Position numbers and translations under genes: made by a program | DNA from: Squalus acanthias | Taxonomy: Eukaryota | Assembly (NCBI GenBank): GCA_030390025.1 | Contig: JASTWF010000035.1 | Span: forward strand, 1,426,001 to 1,490,000 | Direction: 5' to 3' | Length of the DNA: 64,000 bases | Notes under the pieces: generated by a model | Told to the model about the DNA's origin: nothing | Databases searched by the model: none | What the model saw: the letters and a program-made list of their open reading frames with translations, nothing else | Shown here: in pieces, positions 62,701-64,000 of the stretch | How the letters are laid out: every line of letters begins with the position of its first letter | How positions within the stretch are numbered: the stretch's first letter is position 1

Positions 62701-64000
62701 GACTTAACCCTTATGTTACTTTATTACTAAAATTTAAACTTATTTAACTTAGGTCCAGGAGTTAAGTCCCTGAAAACAAAATATAAAATCGAACCTACCT
62801 TTTAAATTCCCTCTACCCCTAAAGGTTAGAGGAGGTGGGAGGGTGGGAGTCACTACTAGTGTAGTGTCTCGGGTTTAGCAACCGCTCCACCTATATACGG
62901 GTACCAATGAATTGGCCCGGCCCCCTGCCTTTGAAAAAGCCCGCGAAGCTCTTTCCCCGCTGGGGGAATTAAATACGTGGGGTTACGGGGGTAGGGTGGG
63001 ATATGTGTATTGTGGGGATTAAAGCAGGGACAGGGTACTGGATTTGGATGATCAGCCATGATCGTATTGAATGGTGGAGCAGGCTCGACGGGCCGAATGG
63101 CCTACTCCTGCTCCTAGATTCTATGTTTCTATGTTTTCACTATGGAGAAGGACGATGCAGACATAAAATTAAGGCAGGGGGACTGTGATATACTCGAACA
63201 TTTTAACATCGAGAGGGAGGAGGTATTGGCGGTTTTAGCAGGTCTAAAAATGGATAAATCCCCAGGTCCGAACGAAATGTATCCCAGTCTGCTGTGTGAG
63301 GCAAAGGAGGAGATTGCAGGGGCTCTAACACATATATTCAGAACCTCTCTGGCCACAGGGGATGTGCCAGAGGACTGGAGAACCGCTAATGTAGTGCCAT
63401 TATTCAAGAAATGGAGTAGGGAAAAACCGGGGAACTACAGGCCAGTGAGCCTAACATCAGTGGTCGGAAAATTATTGGAAAAATTCTGAGGGACAAAATT
63501 AGTCTCCACTTGGAGAGGCAAGGATTAATTAGGGTTAGCCAACATGGCTTTGTCAAGGGAAGATCATGTCTGACTAATTTGATTGAATTTTTTGAGGGGG
63601 TGACTAGGTGTGTGGATGAGGGTAACGCAGTGGATGTGGTATACATGGATTTCAGTAAGGCCTTCGATAAAGTCCCGCGCAGGAGACTGGTCAAGAAGGT
63701 AAGAGCCCATGGAATCCAGGGTGCCTTGGCACATTGGATACAAAACTGGCTCAGTGGCAGAAGGCAGAGGGTGATGGTCGAAGGTTGTTTTTGTGACTGG
63801 AAGCCTGTGGCCAGTGGGGTACCACAGGGATCGGTGCTGGGTCCCTTGCTGTTTGTGGTCTACATTAATGACTTGGATATGAATGTAAAAGGTATGATCA
63901 GTAAGTTCGCGGATGATACAAAAATTGGTAGGGTGGTAAATAGCGAGGAGGGTAGCCTCAGTCTGCAGGATGATATAGATGGGTTGGTCAGATGGGCGAA

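Larger units (their letters stand above)
58675..62961 (-). mobile_element. Full-length young CR1, ~4.29 kb
   Basis: 5' UTR, ORF1 62700-61757, ORF2 61709-58773, tail. Confidence 0.95.
58425..63133 (+). mobile_element. V-SINE split by a full-length CR1 (58425-58674 and 62962-63133)
   Basis: The halves join to reconstitute the 14257-type SINE minus a few bases. Confidence 0.92.
57291..64000 (+). mobile_element. CR1 host (57291-58424 and 63134 to window end)
   Basis: EN ORF ...VLNEFFA resumes as VFTMEKDD and continues to FADD. Confidence 0.9.

Overview
Vertebrate genomic DNA, almost certainly a cartilaginous fish (shark-like), inferred from its V-SINE/HE1-type SINEs, CR1/HER1-type LINEs and typical MITEs. 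I found no recognisable host protein-coding gene, rRNA, true tRNA or CRISPR array. From about 14 kb to the end, the window is almost entirely nested transposons. These are many CR1 LINEs (two with intact 978-aa EN+RT ORF2s, three near full length with a zinc-finger/SGNH-esterase ORF1), a young V-SINE subfamily, an RTE LINE, an L2, PIF/Harbinger- and Tc1/pogo-type MITEs, a decayed three-exon Harbinger Myb/SANT gene and a palindromic Penelope-type fragment. There are also G-rich minisatellites and a 200-N gap. Four structures are not explained by these standard labels. (1) A TTAGGG-containing minisatellite plus unique flank is present as an inverted pair about 48 kb apart. (2) A MITE family carries promoter-like motifs and an oriented array of splice sites. 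(3) One CR1 lineage has a tandemly duplicated 3'-end module. (4) There is a two-segment local inverted duplication. All alignments, identities and boundaries were judged by eye.
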